Of a DNA stretch of 64,000 nucleotides, positions 1 through 15,400 are shown in pieces. Positions within the stretch are counted from its first letter, which is position 1; each line of letters opens with the position of its first letter. The notes beneath the pieces were generated by a model. It was not told the DNA's origin. It did not search any database and worked only from the letters and a program-made list of their open reading frames with translations. The position numbers and the translations under genes were made by a program. The DNA comes from Antedon mediterranea (taxonomy: Eukaryota > Animalia > Echinodermata). Location: NCBI RefSeq assembly GCF_964355755.1, contig NC_092670.1:14928795-14992794 (forward strand), in the 5' to 3' direction.

Positions 1-491
1 ACAAAAACAAAGATATGTGTCCATGGCAATGGATTTATTTGAAAGGATAGCTTGTATTGTTACTTGCATGAGTGAATTACTATTATTTTGACATATAAAG
101 GAAGTCAGATAGCAGGCTGTTAGTTACTCATAGCTAATTTGATAATCATTATATCCTTCGCCCTCATTCTGTACTCTTTCAAGTTCATTAGAAAACATAA
201 TCCATAAAACAGTACTCAGCATGACAATTTCTAGTACAAACATATTGCCTAGTATTTCTGAAATTACAAACTTGTTATTTTTTTTTCATTTATAAGTTGA
301 TTTAAGTTCATGTGTGAAATAACTTAAAAACTAAAATAACAGTACAGATATGAAAATATAGAAAAGAACATTAAACAAAGATTTGTAGGACAGCATAAAA
401 AGTTAATTTCCATTTGAGTCGTTAGTTAATTAAGCAATAATTAATTAGAAATTAATAAAAAATAAAAATTTGAACAAAAAGACAAACTCAC

Positions 492-3400
492 CAGCTCCTC
501 TGCATGCTGACTTGACGGTGGCGGAGCTGGAGCCTCTGCACCAACTGGTGGATGTCCAAGAGCTGTGTCTCGACTACTGGTCACCAGTACCTCTTCCACA
601 CAAACTGGTGATGTCTCACGCTCCTCCTCTGTGTCGGACTTAACAAATCTGCTCTGACTAGCAAGTTCCAATTCTTGTTGATCAATCTTCTGTTTCAGAA
701 ATTCAATATGCTCCTGAGACTGTGTGAATTGTTCGGTCAGATGATCGATTTCTAAGTTTTTCTCATCAATAAGTTTCTGTGCAAATTCTGGCATTGATTC
801 TTTGCTTTCATAATTCTTTCTATCTTCTTCGGCATGTCTTAATTCATTCTATAAAAATAATAAAAACAATTACAATATGAATATTTCTAATATGTATAAT
901 AATATATTAATAAGGAAAATATTTCTAAAATATTATTTAAAAAAATATGTCTAATAACAAACAATGTACATTTTGTGCTTGTTAATTTGAATACGGTATA
1001 TAGTGAAAAAACACTGGATAGTGAGAACAAAGTGGAAAATAGTAATTATGTTTATCCTGTCTGTTGCGTGCAAAAATAATATTTTGCTAAAAATAATTTT
1101 CACTTGAACATCACGCAAAAGGAAAAACATAAACAGATCTACTTTTTAAAATACTAACCTTTTAAAAACAACTAGAATGCTACAAAATACAAACAACAGA
1201 AGTATATCTATCCTTCATACAACATGAAATAGATGCTTTGTGTTAATCTATCAACTAACTATATTAATTGCACCTGCTCTACAACATTACACACAGAGCA
1301 ATACCATACACTGGCGTTATTGGCAACGTAAGCATATTGTGTTCTTTAAATATTGATTTGAATACAAATTAACTACAATACTGGTGTAAAAAAAGCACAA
1401 CGTGGTACCAACTGAATTGATTTCCTTTGTTGTTATCATGCCATGTGGAATTGGTATTTTTAAAATGAGTATCATTGATTGGTATTTTAAAAACAATGAC
1501 ATTGAAATAAAGACACTTGTACTAATACACTGAAAATACACTTATTAATAATTCAAAATTATGTATATTGTCTAAAAAATCCAAACATGGTTATTGACTT
1601 CTTTTGTTCCATGTGGAATACTAGGAGTATTTTACACTGTATCCGGTAATCAACATAATTTCATCATGGGATTAAAATATATAACATACACTATTAAGGG
1701 ATATGGCATTAAAACATAACATACACTAATAAGGGATTTGGCATTAAAATATATTACATATACACTAAGGCACGATGTCAAAATTATTCTACTGCACTTA
1801 CTGCAGTAACTATATTTTGTATCTCTATAACCTGATGCTATTTATTTTTTGTCATACACACTGTTCATTGCAGTGACTTCTACATTGAACAAAATAAAAT
1901 CATACATTATTTCAGTCCAATAAATGTACTTTACTGCATTAAAACAGCAGTAAAATAATTTTAAACTGATCTTTGCCTTTTGCTATTATTTTGTTACTAG
2001 GCCTATGTTTGTTTTTAAAATTACATAAAACAGAACATTCAATTCATTAGTTACTATATTTTGAATTCTTTTAAAAATATAGCTAATTTTAATACTGGTT
2101 ATATAAATAAAAAAAAGTAATTCCAAAGACAAGGACAACTTGAAAAACAGATAATAGTAACATTTTCACATTAGGTTAAAGAAAAATTCTTTGCCAGAAT
2201 GTGTGGGTCGAAATTAACTAGGTCACAAATACCATTATGTGATATAAGATTGTAATTGAATAATTCAACTAAATGATTTTATAGTTTTGTGTTTTTTAGT
2301 GTTTTATTCATACTCTATTATACTGTTGAATCAAAATTATTTGAAATTAACACAATACACAGCTAAATTAGTATAGAATAAAACTGAAAGTAATTAAGAA
2401 AAAAGAACATTGTGATTCTAAGAATAATGGTCCTTTGTCTAGTCACTGTTTATTAATATTTATATAAGCATAACCATGTCATTGCTGTACAGTATGTAAT
2501 TAACATAATGATGTCATAAAGTGGTGATATGATGCTCATCTTTAAACCTCAATAGTAAAGGTAAAGGTATTCATATTTGTCCTCAAGCTTAACTGGAAAC
2601 TGAGGAAATTCGGATTAGGCCCTCCACGGACCCACGGCAGCCAGCAGCGCAGCGCCTACCAGATCAGTACACCGGCAGACGATCCCCTACTCTTTTCGAA
2701 TAGTGTACCAAGTTCTTTAACATGCACTGTTAAGTACACGGGACCAACGGCTTTACATCCCATCCAAAGGACGAGGCAATGAGAGTAAAGCATCTTGCCT
2801 AAGGATGCAATTAGTATGGTACAGATAACCTCAAAAACCCATGCCAATCACATGCTAGTCATATTACCATTACACCATCACTCTCCAGTATATACAGCAC
2901 CCGCCGCGATTTCTAGACGGTCTCCCATCCAGAACGCAACCGGGCCCAACGTTGCTTAACTTCGGTGATCTGACGAGAACCAGTGTTTCAACGTATGGCC
3001 GTATCTAACACAGTATGGCCGTATCTAACACAGTATGGCCGTATCTAAAGTATTGGGTTGAAATCTTTTTCTACACATTCACACACGATTCTCTGTACCA
3101 CATTTGGATTATGTGTTCACATGTTTCTCCTAGTATCACAGGCCATAACCTAATTCATAACCTAACCTTACAATCATGATACAGGCTCCACATGTGATTA
3201 CACATGAGATGCTGTAATGGAATATTCCTATGATACCAGACTAAAAAGAATAATATAAAATATAAATAAATATAAAATATTAGTAGTAAAACACCACTTA
3301 CCAGTTTAGCAGAGTGTTCATTTTTCAATACATTTAGCTCCATTGATAATTGTTCAATCTGTTCATTCCTATTTAAAACATCATCACGTAGTTGATCTAA

Positions 3401-6400
3401 CTGTTCTACTAATTCATTTATCTGAAAGAAAGAAAAAAATATCTTTATATACCTGGCCTACTCAATATCGGTTAATGATTTTGGAGAAGTAGCCGATATA
3501 TATTCATTTCAATAAAAAAAAACTTTATTATCCCAAGTCCAGGGAAATTCATTTGGTTGTGGATACAAAGATTCATAAAAGGTTAAAAAAGTACACAAAA
3601 AGGCAAGCACAACAATCATAATAAAATCTAAAATATGTTATACATTAATGATTAATGGGTTACAATCAAATTTAATTACAAATACAGATGCAATTTATTA
3701 TCATTCTAATTTATCTATGAGTAAAACTTTGGTACTGAAAAGTATAATTTATGGTAAATAAATTTTACAGTAAATCATGTGGCAAAATAATTTGTATATT
3801 GTCCATAACCAAAGCTTACCTCTTTTTGTTTTCTTTCACCAGCCTCTTTCTCTGTAGACAACTGCTCTGCTAACGATGCCATTGGAGGACTATCATCCTG
3901 AGCTGGTGCAAGATTCACATGCTTGATGACCTCCAGTTGTGACTGCAATCCTGACAACTTTATCAGGCTCTCTTGTAGTTGTTGCTGAAGAACCTCTTTA
4001 TCGTGCGTCAGTTCGTCTTCTACTTGTCGTAGTTTTTCTATTTCTTTTTCTAATTCTTCTTCGTGTTCTTGATTCTGATGCTCAACTCGTTTCTGTTGGT
4101 CAAGTTTCTGTTCAAGTTCCCGCAGCTGGCTCGCAAGTTCCTGCGAGGTTTCTTGCTTCCAGCAAAGATCCGTCTCCAACTGCTGAATCTTCTCGTCCAT
4201 TATATGTTGCAGGTCAACTTTCTCGCTAAGTTCATCCCGAAGATCTTGCAACTATACATTTCAAAGAAAGTCATTTAGATTCAGGAATACAAACAAAAAA
4301 TAAAAAATAGATATAAAAAGTTATGCCAAAGAAAGCAATATATTCTAAAACATACCTCTTTGACGAGATGTTCGTTACTAGGTGCTTTTTCACCTCGGTT
4401 CTTCAACTCATTCTCTAAATGACGAATCTCCTTCTGAAAATCTTCACGTTCTAATTCTCGTTCAGTTGCTTGTTCCTTTATAAAAAGAAATCACCAAGTA
4501 ATGTTTAGATACATTTTATTAAAAAGTTAGTTTTGCTTTAAACTTGAATTTTTAAACACTACATGCATGTATAAAAATCAACAGCATTAATATCTTTGTA
4601 AAACATTTGTTATGTCCTAGATTTGGTGGATAACATATTAGTTTATATTTTTTTTTATGATATGGTTTAAAAAAATGTATTTACACATTTTAGGTAAGAT
4701 TATCTAGTATCATTGGTTACACCATGTCAGATGATCACATATCTACCTTTGTTGTGTTCATTAAAGCAAAATAATGATTTTTTAAATTCAGTATGAGTTT
4801 TTCCTGTCACCAAATATAAGCACTTTGCTTTAAATTTTTTTATTTACTTGATCTTAAAAATGATTCTTCTACGGTTGAACAATAATAGAACTAATAAAAA
4901 TCTTACCCCAAGGAATTGCTTGTTAGACCGCTGTTGTTTCTGAAGAGACGCCACTTGTTTATCAAACTCTTCCTTCTCCGTCTTCCTCTCCACAAGCAAC
5001 TTTTCAGTCTTTGTTATCTGTTCTTCAAGCTGCGACTCCAGTAGGTGAAGCTGTTCCTCCTTTGAAGTACGGTCCTTTTGAGATTGCTGCTCCTGCCATA
5101 GCTTCTCTTGACGCAGTCTGCTGTTTTCCTCTATCAAACCTAGTATGCAATGCATTTATTTTAATTTATCGCATACATATGTAATAGATATATTTTCCTC
5201 TATCAAAAAATATACATCTATTTAAACAGTCAACCCTTGGACTGGATTGGTAAATATGTCTGGTTTTCAATAAATTCTGGAAATTTGTTTTTATTGATAA
5301 AAATGAATTTGGGACCTTTTGAATTACCGGTTGTCAGAGAGTTCGGTATAGGGATAGTAGTATACTGGATTTATTATATATATATTTATTTTCAATTTAC
5401 CGTACTGACGCGGGTATAAGCCCATACTTGGGTATAAGCCCACCCCCGACTTTTGACTAATTTTCATGAAAAATGAGGCACTCGGGTATAAGCCCACACC
5501 CATTAATTCGAAGATCTACAGTGTGCGTCGTAATACATTATTTTGTATTTGCCGACGTCCATACCCCAAATACACCTACCTTTGATCATAACCAAGCTAG
5601 GCTAATATACGCTAGGCCATATGAGGCCTAGCGGTCCTGTTTTGTTTACACTCAATCGCGGTCGAAAGATCGCTTCACACACGACGACGCTACAAGTCGC
5701 CAAAACGGAAAACCACTATTTGGTATCGGCTGCTATAAACAAGCTTATTAAATTTCTTTGGTACATTTCTATTTAACGAACATTGTATACTTGCTTTTCT
5801 GCTTGATAAATTCTTGTTTAAAATAAGATATTCTACGATAAATTACACAAACTATAAGCTTAATTTTCCAACACTCTACACCTCGTGTATTTTTAGAGGC
5901 AACGTTGTACACGTGAGGGCGCTCGCTCGCATGGTGGAATACACAGTGTACATGGGCTGTTTTTGACGATCTGCATTTTTGGATCCTCGGGTATAAGCCC
6001 ACCCCCCAAACTTGACGTGATTTCATGTTCAAGGGGGGTGGGCTTATACCCGCGTCAGTACGGTACTCATAATGTTGCTTGTACCAAAACTACCCCGGAT
6101 ACAATCTGATATTTTTCTATGTTATGGGGTTTTATTTCAAATCTAGTATTTAATACATTTAAATGTATCAGATAATTATGAGTCAAAATATTGTATTTTG
6201 TACTTATTTTATTATTATTAGTATTACAGTTTCCCGTTTTAAAAATTAGTTATTTTTAAATGTTCTTACCAAAACCATCTTCACCTATTTTTTCAGCCAA
6301 TGCTAACTGTTGCTCTTCTAGTACACGTTTATCCTCAATAAGTTGATCCCTCTCTTTCTCAAGTTCAGTAACCTTAAACAGTAATGTCTCCAGTTGTGGA

Positions 6401-9400
6401 TGTTGATTGCCTTGGGCTTTACTTAGTTCATCGGTGTATCCATGTAATAAGCCTATCAAAATAAAGTTTAATTAAACATTTTATTTTATAAAAAAAAAGA
6501 CATGCACAGAAATAATTACTAAGCTGGTTAACTCCCCTTATCTAGTCACTTATTCATACTGAAAATCTCTGGTTAGAGAATACCCTCAACATTTCTAACT
6601 TATTCGTTTTTTGAAAAATAATAAAAAGTATTCTTTTATGTGTACAAAATTAGTACTGGGTTTGGTTAACTCAACCAGTTCATATAGGTACAGATGAAGA
6701 AAGTCTATTTAACAGTGGTTAGAAAACATATTGTTAGGTAGATATTTCCATTTATTTAGCATTCTTCACTGCAGCTACTGTTGTCTCACCTTGAGTGCTA
6801 TCCAGCTCTCTGCTGACTCTCTCTTTCTCTTCAACTTCCTCTTTAACTTGCTGCATTAACTGCTGCTGGCGATCTCTCATCTGGTTCAGTTCATCTTGAC
6901 TGCTCATAGTTGCGTTCAGTAGCTCGGTCTGCATGCCACGAGCCTGATGGAGCTGCTGTGTGGTTGCTGCCATCATCTCTAGCAGTTTCTCAACAGCTGA
7001 CTGCAGCCGACCATTAGCGCCTGCAATAAAAATATGTAATCAGGTTGTCTGTAATAGTCGATATCTATGCTTGCGTTCATATATACAGATTACATCTTCA
7101 TTCTGATTAAATCTGTTTTCCTTCTTGTTTATTTATTTAATTTCTACAAACACCTAAACACAATCAATTTTTCAAGGTTGAAATTAATAACATAAGCCTA
7201 TAATAAGACTATTGATTGAATTGATTGAAATTTATATTTATACTGGGTAACCTCTTCAGTCAAAGACTGGTCTCCCAGAGGGCCCAGTCTCGAAAGATGT
7301 ACTAGGTTCTTTAAAGTGCACACGAGCTAGATGTGTACACTGGACCTACGTTTTATAGTCCTTATCCAAGAAGACTCGTTCTACCACCAGAACCATGGAG
7401 TGAGTGAGCCTCGAACCCCTGCCGATGTTACATATGGCTACGTAATTACGGTTCCACTGTCTTAACCGCTCGGCCACTCACTCACTATCTAAACTTTTCC
7501 ATAAATTTCTGTAATTGTATTGTGTAGTACCAAATAAAAGAACAACAAAAATGACCCAAAAAGCTTCCACATTTAAAGGAACAGTTTAGCTTACCCAAAA
7601 CAAGTTCTTCCCCCTCAGCATCAAGGTCTGGCCCAGCAAAGATGCTCTCTGCAAGTTGTTGAGATAACTCTAGGCCCTCATCACTGTAGATTGACGCTAC
7701 ACTGGTGTCCTGCATACCATCTGGAGAGGGAGATTCTCTATGGTGATGGCCTCCAGTAGGGGACAATGGCACACCTAAAAGATAGTAAAAATATAGTGCT
7801 TTAAATTGATTTTCAAGGCAGTCAAATTCAGAGAAATTACTTTATTTTTGGTGAGAATGAGTATTAATAATTTAAAAAATTGACAACCCTAGACCTCTAT
7901 GCTATGCCCATTTTTGTTCAAATGTTGAATTATACACTGGGACTTTGCCCGGGGAAATGCTTGTATGCGAGGTTGATAGTAGAGTCAGGGTTCGATTATA
8001 CGCGAGGAACTATTGTATATAAAAATATAATATCTTGCAGATTCGTCATATTCTAAACTAGTAGTTACTTGAGAAGAGAAATAGTTACAAAATGTTGAAA
8101 AGAGCAGGTTTTTGGTGCAAGCTGTAGGGCAGTGATTTGGTTTGGTAATTTAATTGAAGATAAAGAACTGCTAGGATTAACACATTTCACATAATTCAGT
8201 AATTATCTTCTTATCTTCTATGAAGTATGAAATGACAAAAAAAGTCTAATTATGCAATTAAATGCAAAATCAAAACACAAAATCATCACACAAACTCCTA
8301 CCTCCAAAAGCTCCGAGTCTTGAATCTTCCCCCTCTGCTGGTGATCTACCTTCCGCACCTCTCCCCTCTTCTCCTTGCTTCAGACTCTCAGATGTCTTCT
8401 CCTCAGCTGATGCCAAGAGTTTAGCAAGTTGACGATTAATTGTGTCTTCTGTTGCCATAGTGACCTGAATTGACTGGCTGAGCACTTGCAAAAGATGATC
8501 ATTTGCTTGCTGTATTGAGTCCCTATTGAATACGATATGAATACTGTTTATAAAATTACTTTTCTAATTTTAAGTTATTTGTAAAAAATTAACTAAATTA
8601 AATTAAATAATAATAAAGTTAGCTTAATAATAAGTTATGATCACTAATTTATTTAAGGTCGTTGTTTAACCTTGATGGGATATTGATGTAGGAAAAGGGG
8701 CTTAAAGCAGAGTTACATTTTATCTACTGTACTACGTAAAGATAACATTTTAGAAAATATTCTTTTATACACCTATTACATGCGATATGTTCTGTGTCAA
8801 TGAAATATATAAAACTATCTTGACACCAAATGGGAAATTCAACCAACAGACAAACTTGAAGATAAAAATTATGATGTAAATATGGTAATTGGTAAAAAAA
8901 ATTTACCAAGTAGTAGTATTAACTGACTGTAAAGTATGTAAGTTGGTAGTGGCGCTTTAGCTTGGTGTAAAATAGTATGCCTACTAAAGGTTATGGTCTT
9001 CGGTTCACATCCTGTCCTTAATGTATGACTTAATGAACATATCCACTGCATACTGTATGAAAATTGTGTACGTGGAAATCACACACAACATTTGAAAACA
9101 ATGGTCTTTCCTACCTCTCGCCATTTAACCTGCTGAGGTCGGCACGTAGCATGGCCAATAAATTGCCGCTTTCTTCGTTCTCACGTTCCCGTCTGTTAAT
9201 TAGTGTGTCATACTGTTTTGCTTTCTTTAACAGTGTGTTATTTTCCTCAGTAAGCTGGGGTAGCAAAAAATAAATAAATTGTTTCAATAACTATCCATTT
9301 GGAATATTCCATTTTTGGGTCTAGTTTTATTTCAAGTCAAAACTGGACATAGCTTCATACATATAAATAAACACGATTTATATTATGCTTCACAAACTAA

Positions 9401-12400
9401 ATGAAAAACATTATTTAATTTAAGTAATGACAAAATATTAAATTGCTTGTAAAATTGATCCCTGTTTACAAAATGGTACAATCCAATATTGAGGAAATTG
9501 GTGATTATACTTTGTATTAGGACAGTAATGATCTGTGTAAGGAGGAAACTTGCGAGGTGTATGGCCATCTCATAAAAATATTCTGGTATTTTGTAAAGTT
9601 TTTGTAAACATAACAGACATGACACCTCTCATTTAAGGCTAGATCATTTTAATAAAATTTGTTTTAATTAGTCAAATTAGCTTTTAATTTACTAATTAAC
9701 TTTACTAAACAGTTTACTTTCTGTGTAGTGCTTTTCTAATACCCCAATTAGGGATCATGTCAGTAACTACAGCTGCAATAAACCGTGCGTATAATTAGCT
9801 AATAACAGCGTATAACCAACTAAATATAATTACTGCAGTTGAATAATTTTGGCACGGTCCCTTACAAACTACATAAACCTAAAGTTTGAGGATTTGTTGT
9901 AGTGTTTATTGAAATTACACCATCAATTTACTTCATTCATTTAAAATTATCTTTTTCTGTTGCACAAAAACCTAAAGATACATGTACAGAAGTCTTACTT
10001 TGTCAATTTCTTCACCAATAACCAGAATGTCCTGTGCATGACTTTCATTGAGCTCTTTGACTTTTTGTTGGAGTTCTTGCCGCCATTTGGCTTCCGTTTC
10101 TTTAACTTGAGCATCCAACTCTCCTATGAAGTATTATGAATAATAATAATATTGATAATGTAAAACTGTTATAATTCATCTATTTAAAGTTTGGTAGTGT
10201 AGCTTACAGTACAAGAAAGCCATGTTGTTCAAAAAGGATTTTACCAAGCATTACTTTCCAATGTGTTAATCCTGAAATAAATTCTATAACAATTACCTTT
10301 TTCTCTCTGGTGATCTTCTTCTAACCGTGCCATTGCATCTTCCTTCTCTTCTTCATGCCTATTTCTTAGCTCTTCAGCAAGCTCCAACATTCGTTGATCA
10401 TAATCCTTCTTCAGGTTCTCAATCTCTAAATCATTGCTTGCTTTTAATTTCACGATCTCTTGTTCCTGTTGTTCCTCAAGCCGCTCAATATCAGCAATTT
10501 TTTCTTTTGCAAGCTTTTCAGCGAGTTCTGCAAGTTCACGTTCATGAGCTTCTTCCAAATCAAGTTTGAAGCGATCAAGATCTTCATCTGATCCCATTGA
10601 CATTGCTAAAAGTTTATCTTCATACTCTTTCTTCAAAGCTTCCTTTTCCATCTGAAATCTGTTCTCTTGTGTAGTTAAATCTTCTTGGTGTGAAGCTACA
10701 GCTTCTTCAAATTTGGTCATAAGTTCATCAATTTCTTTTTGACATTCCTGTTCCGTTTGTTCTTTAACATCTTTTTGAACACGCTCCAATTCATTTTTAT
10801 GTTCTTCTTCTAATTGATCTGTTACAGCACGGAACTTTTCCATGTGTAACAATATTAATTCATCCTTTACTCTATTTTCATTTTCAATAAGTTCTTCAGC
10901 ATGCTTTGTTTTTAGCAGTTCTAAGGCATCATCAATATCCTTAACATTTGCTAATTCTTGTTCCATTTTTTGATCAAGTTTTTCTTTCTCCTCTTTTAAT
11001 TTATCTTGGAAATCTTGCTCAACAGCATCTAACTCTTTGATATGTTCATCTTTTATTTTTTCTATTTTTTCTTCATATTCTTTCTGTAAATCCTCTCGTT
11101 CTTTCACAAACTTATTTTCTGTTTCTTTTTCTAAGGTATCCATTTTTATCTTTGTTTCAAGTTCATTTTGTTCTTTGAGATCTTCAATTTCTGTCTCATG
11201 TTCATTCCTTTTCTCTTCAATTGCTTTATTTTGTTCATCAACAAAGTTATCAATCATTCGCTGGTGATTAAGAGCTAAGTCTTCTACTTCTGACATTTGT
11301 CGTTCTTGCATTGTTCTTGTCAACTCTATTATTTCCTCATCCATAGTTTGCTTTAATATATCCAACCTATTATCATATTGTTCAATTAGAGCTTCTTTCA
11401 TATCCAGTATCTCAGGAGCTGTTCCTTCTTTCACACTCTCTTTAAATTCATCAAGTTCTGCTGATTTGTCTAGCAAATCTTTCTCAACTCTTTCAACTTT
11501 GTCTTTCATCTGTTGCTTTAGTTCAGTAATCTCTCCTTGATGCCTCTCTTCCATACCTTTGATAATTTTTTGCCAATCTCCATCTTCCTCTTGTTCTTTA
11601 CTTCTTGCCAGTTGTTCAATTTCCTCTACCCGTTGAGCATTCTCAATAGTTAATTCTGTCACAAGAGCTGCTGTGTTTTCAATAACACTTTCCTTAGCCT
11701 CATTCTTAACTTTATTTAAATTTTCTTCATATCTTCCCTGAATGTCTTTGACTTCTTCAAAATGTTTAGATTCGCAATCTGCAACTGTTTTTCTAACCTC
11801 AACTTTTGTCTGAAGTTCAAACTCTGTTTGAACGGCTTCAAGTTCAGATTGGAATTCATGTTGCAAATCTTCTCGTAATTGGTCTAATTCCTCTTTGTGT
11901 TGATGTTGTAAGTCTTCTTTGAGTTGTTCTAACTCTTGTTTGTGTTGTTTGTCGGCCTGGGAATCTTTTAAATAATACTCTTCTTTCATGTCTTGTTGAA
12001 TCTGAAAAAGTATTAAAGATTAAACATCAATGGATAAAGGAATTATGACTAAGCTTACTCTAATCCCTTTAATGAGTTCTATTCTTTATAATTTGGCTTA
12101 GCGTGCATTATGAATAGTTCCTGTATGAATTCACTATGACATACAGTAGTTGAATATAGGTGTTTGCTACTCAAACATGCCTTGTATACTTCTTGTGTTT
12201 TTATAGACCTTGTTTTAAAAATTTATATTATTACTGTTTAGTGTTATTGGAAAAAGAAAAGTTGGGCTCAGAATTTGTTTAAATGATGTCAATATTTAAC
12301 TTTAAGGATTATAGAATAAAAAAACAACATTGATTTAATCCGAGTTTTGGTTTAAATTAAATAATTTTACCTGTTCAGTTACTTCTTCCAGTTGTCTTGC

Positions 12401-15400
12401 GGCCTCTGCTGCTGACTCCAGACGTAATTTAACCAGTTGTTTTTGGTGTTCATCCAGGAGACTTTTACGCAATTCTTGCAACGCTTCTTCACGCTCTTGT
12501 GCAAGATCATGTTCCAGCTTTTGAATCTTAGATTTGAACATATCCTTTGTACTATTCAAATCCATTTCGTATTTCATATCCATCTGGATCTGTTGTTGAA
12601 GCAGACTGTTCTGGTGTTCTTTCTCAAGAGCAGCTTTCATGGCATCCATATTTTCCTTAAACTCTTCATTTAACTTCTCCATCACCTGTTCCTTCATCTC
12701 TGCTTCAATCTGCGTGAACTTTGGAGGTGAGACACGTGGAGCAGGAGGTTCTGGTTCATCCTCTTCACTGTCTGAGAGATGAACCAACGTCATCATGGAT
12801 GTGTAGTTCCGTTTCTGTGCAGGAATTCGGTAATTCTCTTCCGGTTCATTATAAACAGATTTTCTTTGTTCATTTTCTTTCATCCAAATAGCTTTATTTT
12901 CTTCAAACTTTTTCTGATAACTTGCCTTCAGCTCTACTAACTCCATCTGATGTTGATCTTGAAGAATATTGAGTTCATCTTTAGCGACATCTCTTTGTTT
13001 TTGTAGCTCCTCTTCCAGGGCTTGTACTTTCTTCAGAACATTTTCTTGAATAGCTAGATCATGAGCTTCTTTTATTTGGTTATAATCTTCAAGGTTAGCC
13101 TTTTCCTCCATCTTTGCTTTTGATTCAGATTTTTCAAACTCTGTCTGCAACATGTGTCTCAAATCTTCCATCTGTTCTCGGTGAATTTCTTGAATATTTC
13201 TCCTTCCCTCTAAACAATTGAACAAAATTACTAAAGTTATATTTTTTTTTTCACACGCAGATTATAAAAAAGCATATATTGAGCAGTATAAAACATGTTA
13301 AAAAATGTAACAGCTACTTATTTCTAATCATTCAGTCAAAATTGTTTACTGCCTCTGTAGTAATAATTTTATTACAATGTATCACTTGAAAATGTACTGC
13401 AGTATCTGCAGTAAAGAATGTTTTTGTAATTGTATTTATAATTATACCTTCTGCTTGTTCCACAAGAAGCTCTCGTTCCTTAAGCAGCAATTTTATGTCA
13501 ACGTCATACTCTTCTTCCTTGGCTTGAAGTTTCTCGGTGTACTCTGATTCTGTTTCTTGTAGTGTCTTCTGAAATTGTTCTTCCGTTTCACGGCGCAATT
13601 TCTCTAGTTGGTTGATATATTTCTCATCCCACTCCTGTGCTAAAGTCTAATAATAATAAACATCATCACATTATTATTATTACATAACAGTTATTATAGT
13701 ACAGTAGTTAACAGTTGGTTAACATTTTATTTATTTAATCACACTTTTGTTTACAAGATCAGCCAATTCTGGCTTATGAGTGATAGAAACAGATAAAAAT
13801 AACAAGTTTTAAATAATGACCAAACAAGCAAAGGTTAAAGGGGGAATAATATATACTGTATATAAATCACTTTATATCATTTGAGGTTGTAATAGTAATT
13901 TTATATTATTAGTTTTATAATTACTGTAAATGTAATCAAATATTGTAATATTAAAGCTTTGTTTTTATGTGCTACACTCCTGATTCCTTATTCTTGCTCA
14001 GGTCAAATTTTTCAAATTTAAATTAAAAAAAAACCTTCATATCCCTCTGTGTTGAAAATCAAACCTAATTTTAATTAATATAGTAAAAAGCATAATTTAA
14101 AAATCAAATATCAATACAAAAGGTAGCCAAGAAATAGCCGAAGCTAATCAAGCTTGGTACCTTTTATCTTAACTAACTTAAGCTACGAAATTAACAAATA
14201 AATAACAGAACTTAAAAGAAAATAAAAATTTGATAACGTCAAAATCAAAACAAAAAATTTTGAATAATAAATAAATAACATAACATAACATAAAGTGCTG
14301 TATGTACTGTACTGTAATAAACAAGACCATATCAGTTCAATAGATAATATCTGATGGATTAACAATATATACTATATACCTCAATAGTTTTGTTGTGCTC
14401 ATGACTGAGCCGTTGTTGGAGAAGATCAACAAGTTGTCCTGAACTGGCTTCTGCTTTATCTGTAAAATGATAAAACACAAACAAAAATATGATTCTGAAG
14501 TACAGTAGAATAATCCAATGGACAAAAAAAAAATGTCAAGTTTATACTGTACTGTGCAGTTGCTGTGTACTGTAGGGCTACTGAACTGAGTGAGTGTTGT
14601 ATTTTAACAGTTACTACAGTACTGTATTTACAGGAGTTTTAGTTTGTGTACAGTATAATTTCATAAAGCAATTTAAATTACTATTTTAAACCACATCAAA
14701 CAACTTGAACACCTAAGTACTCTATCCTAAATGCTATTTACCTACAAAATACAGTGTGTTTTAAATTAAATAAGTTTTTACTTTTTTTTCTTCTTTGAAG
14801 TCACACAGTATTCTTAAAGATTTATCAGACATGGACATATTGAAATTTATTGTTCAATTTACTCCTCAGATGTGCAGGTACACAGACTATGTAAAGCATT
14901 ACCCAAGTGAACATATCAACGTACAAATATACAAAAATAATGTCTGTCAAAAAATGATAAAGAAATCCTTCAGACAAACATTTCCTGAAAATATGAAATT
15001 TCACTGCTAACCCATACATAACCTTTAATAAGAGACAGTATGCTAAAAGGGATATTATTGCTTGTTAACATTTATCTAATGAATTGACAATTTGTACTGT
15101 AAAAATCTAGTAATCATATTGCTATGGTAACAATAATATCCATCACTATGGTAACAATAGGCAACATAAATTGAAAGAATCTTCAGAATTCAATGTTTAC
15201 AGTATAATAATATAGTAACATGAAATTTGAAAGAATAAAAAAACATTAATGTGTTTATTAAAATCTTATTCAAGGCCAACCGATACATTGTATACAATGG
15301 AATATTCATGTTGAATTTTCATTATGAATCTGTACTGTAGGCCTGTGTACTGTACTTTATTTTTATTTTTTATTTTATTTCATCAGCACCCTACAGTGAC

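Noticed and set aside
2893-3003. Functional 5S rRNA gene
   Set aside because: It has indels, no terminator, is single-copy here and is fused to a SINE body.
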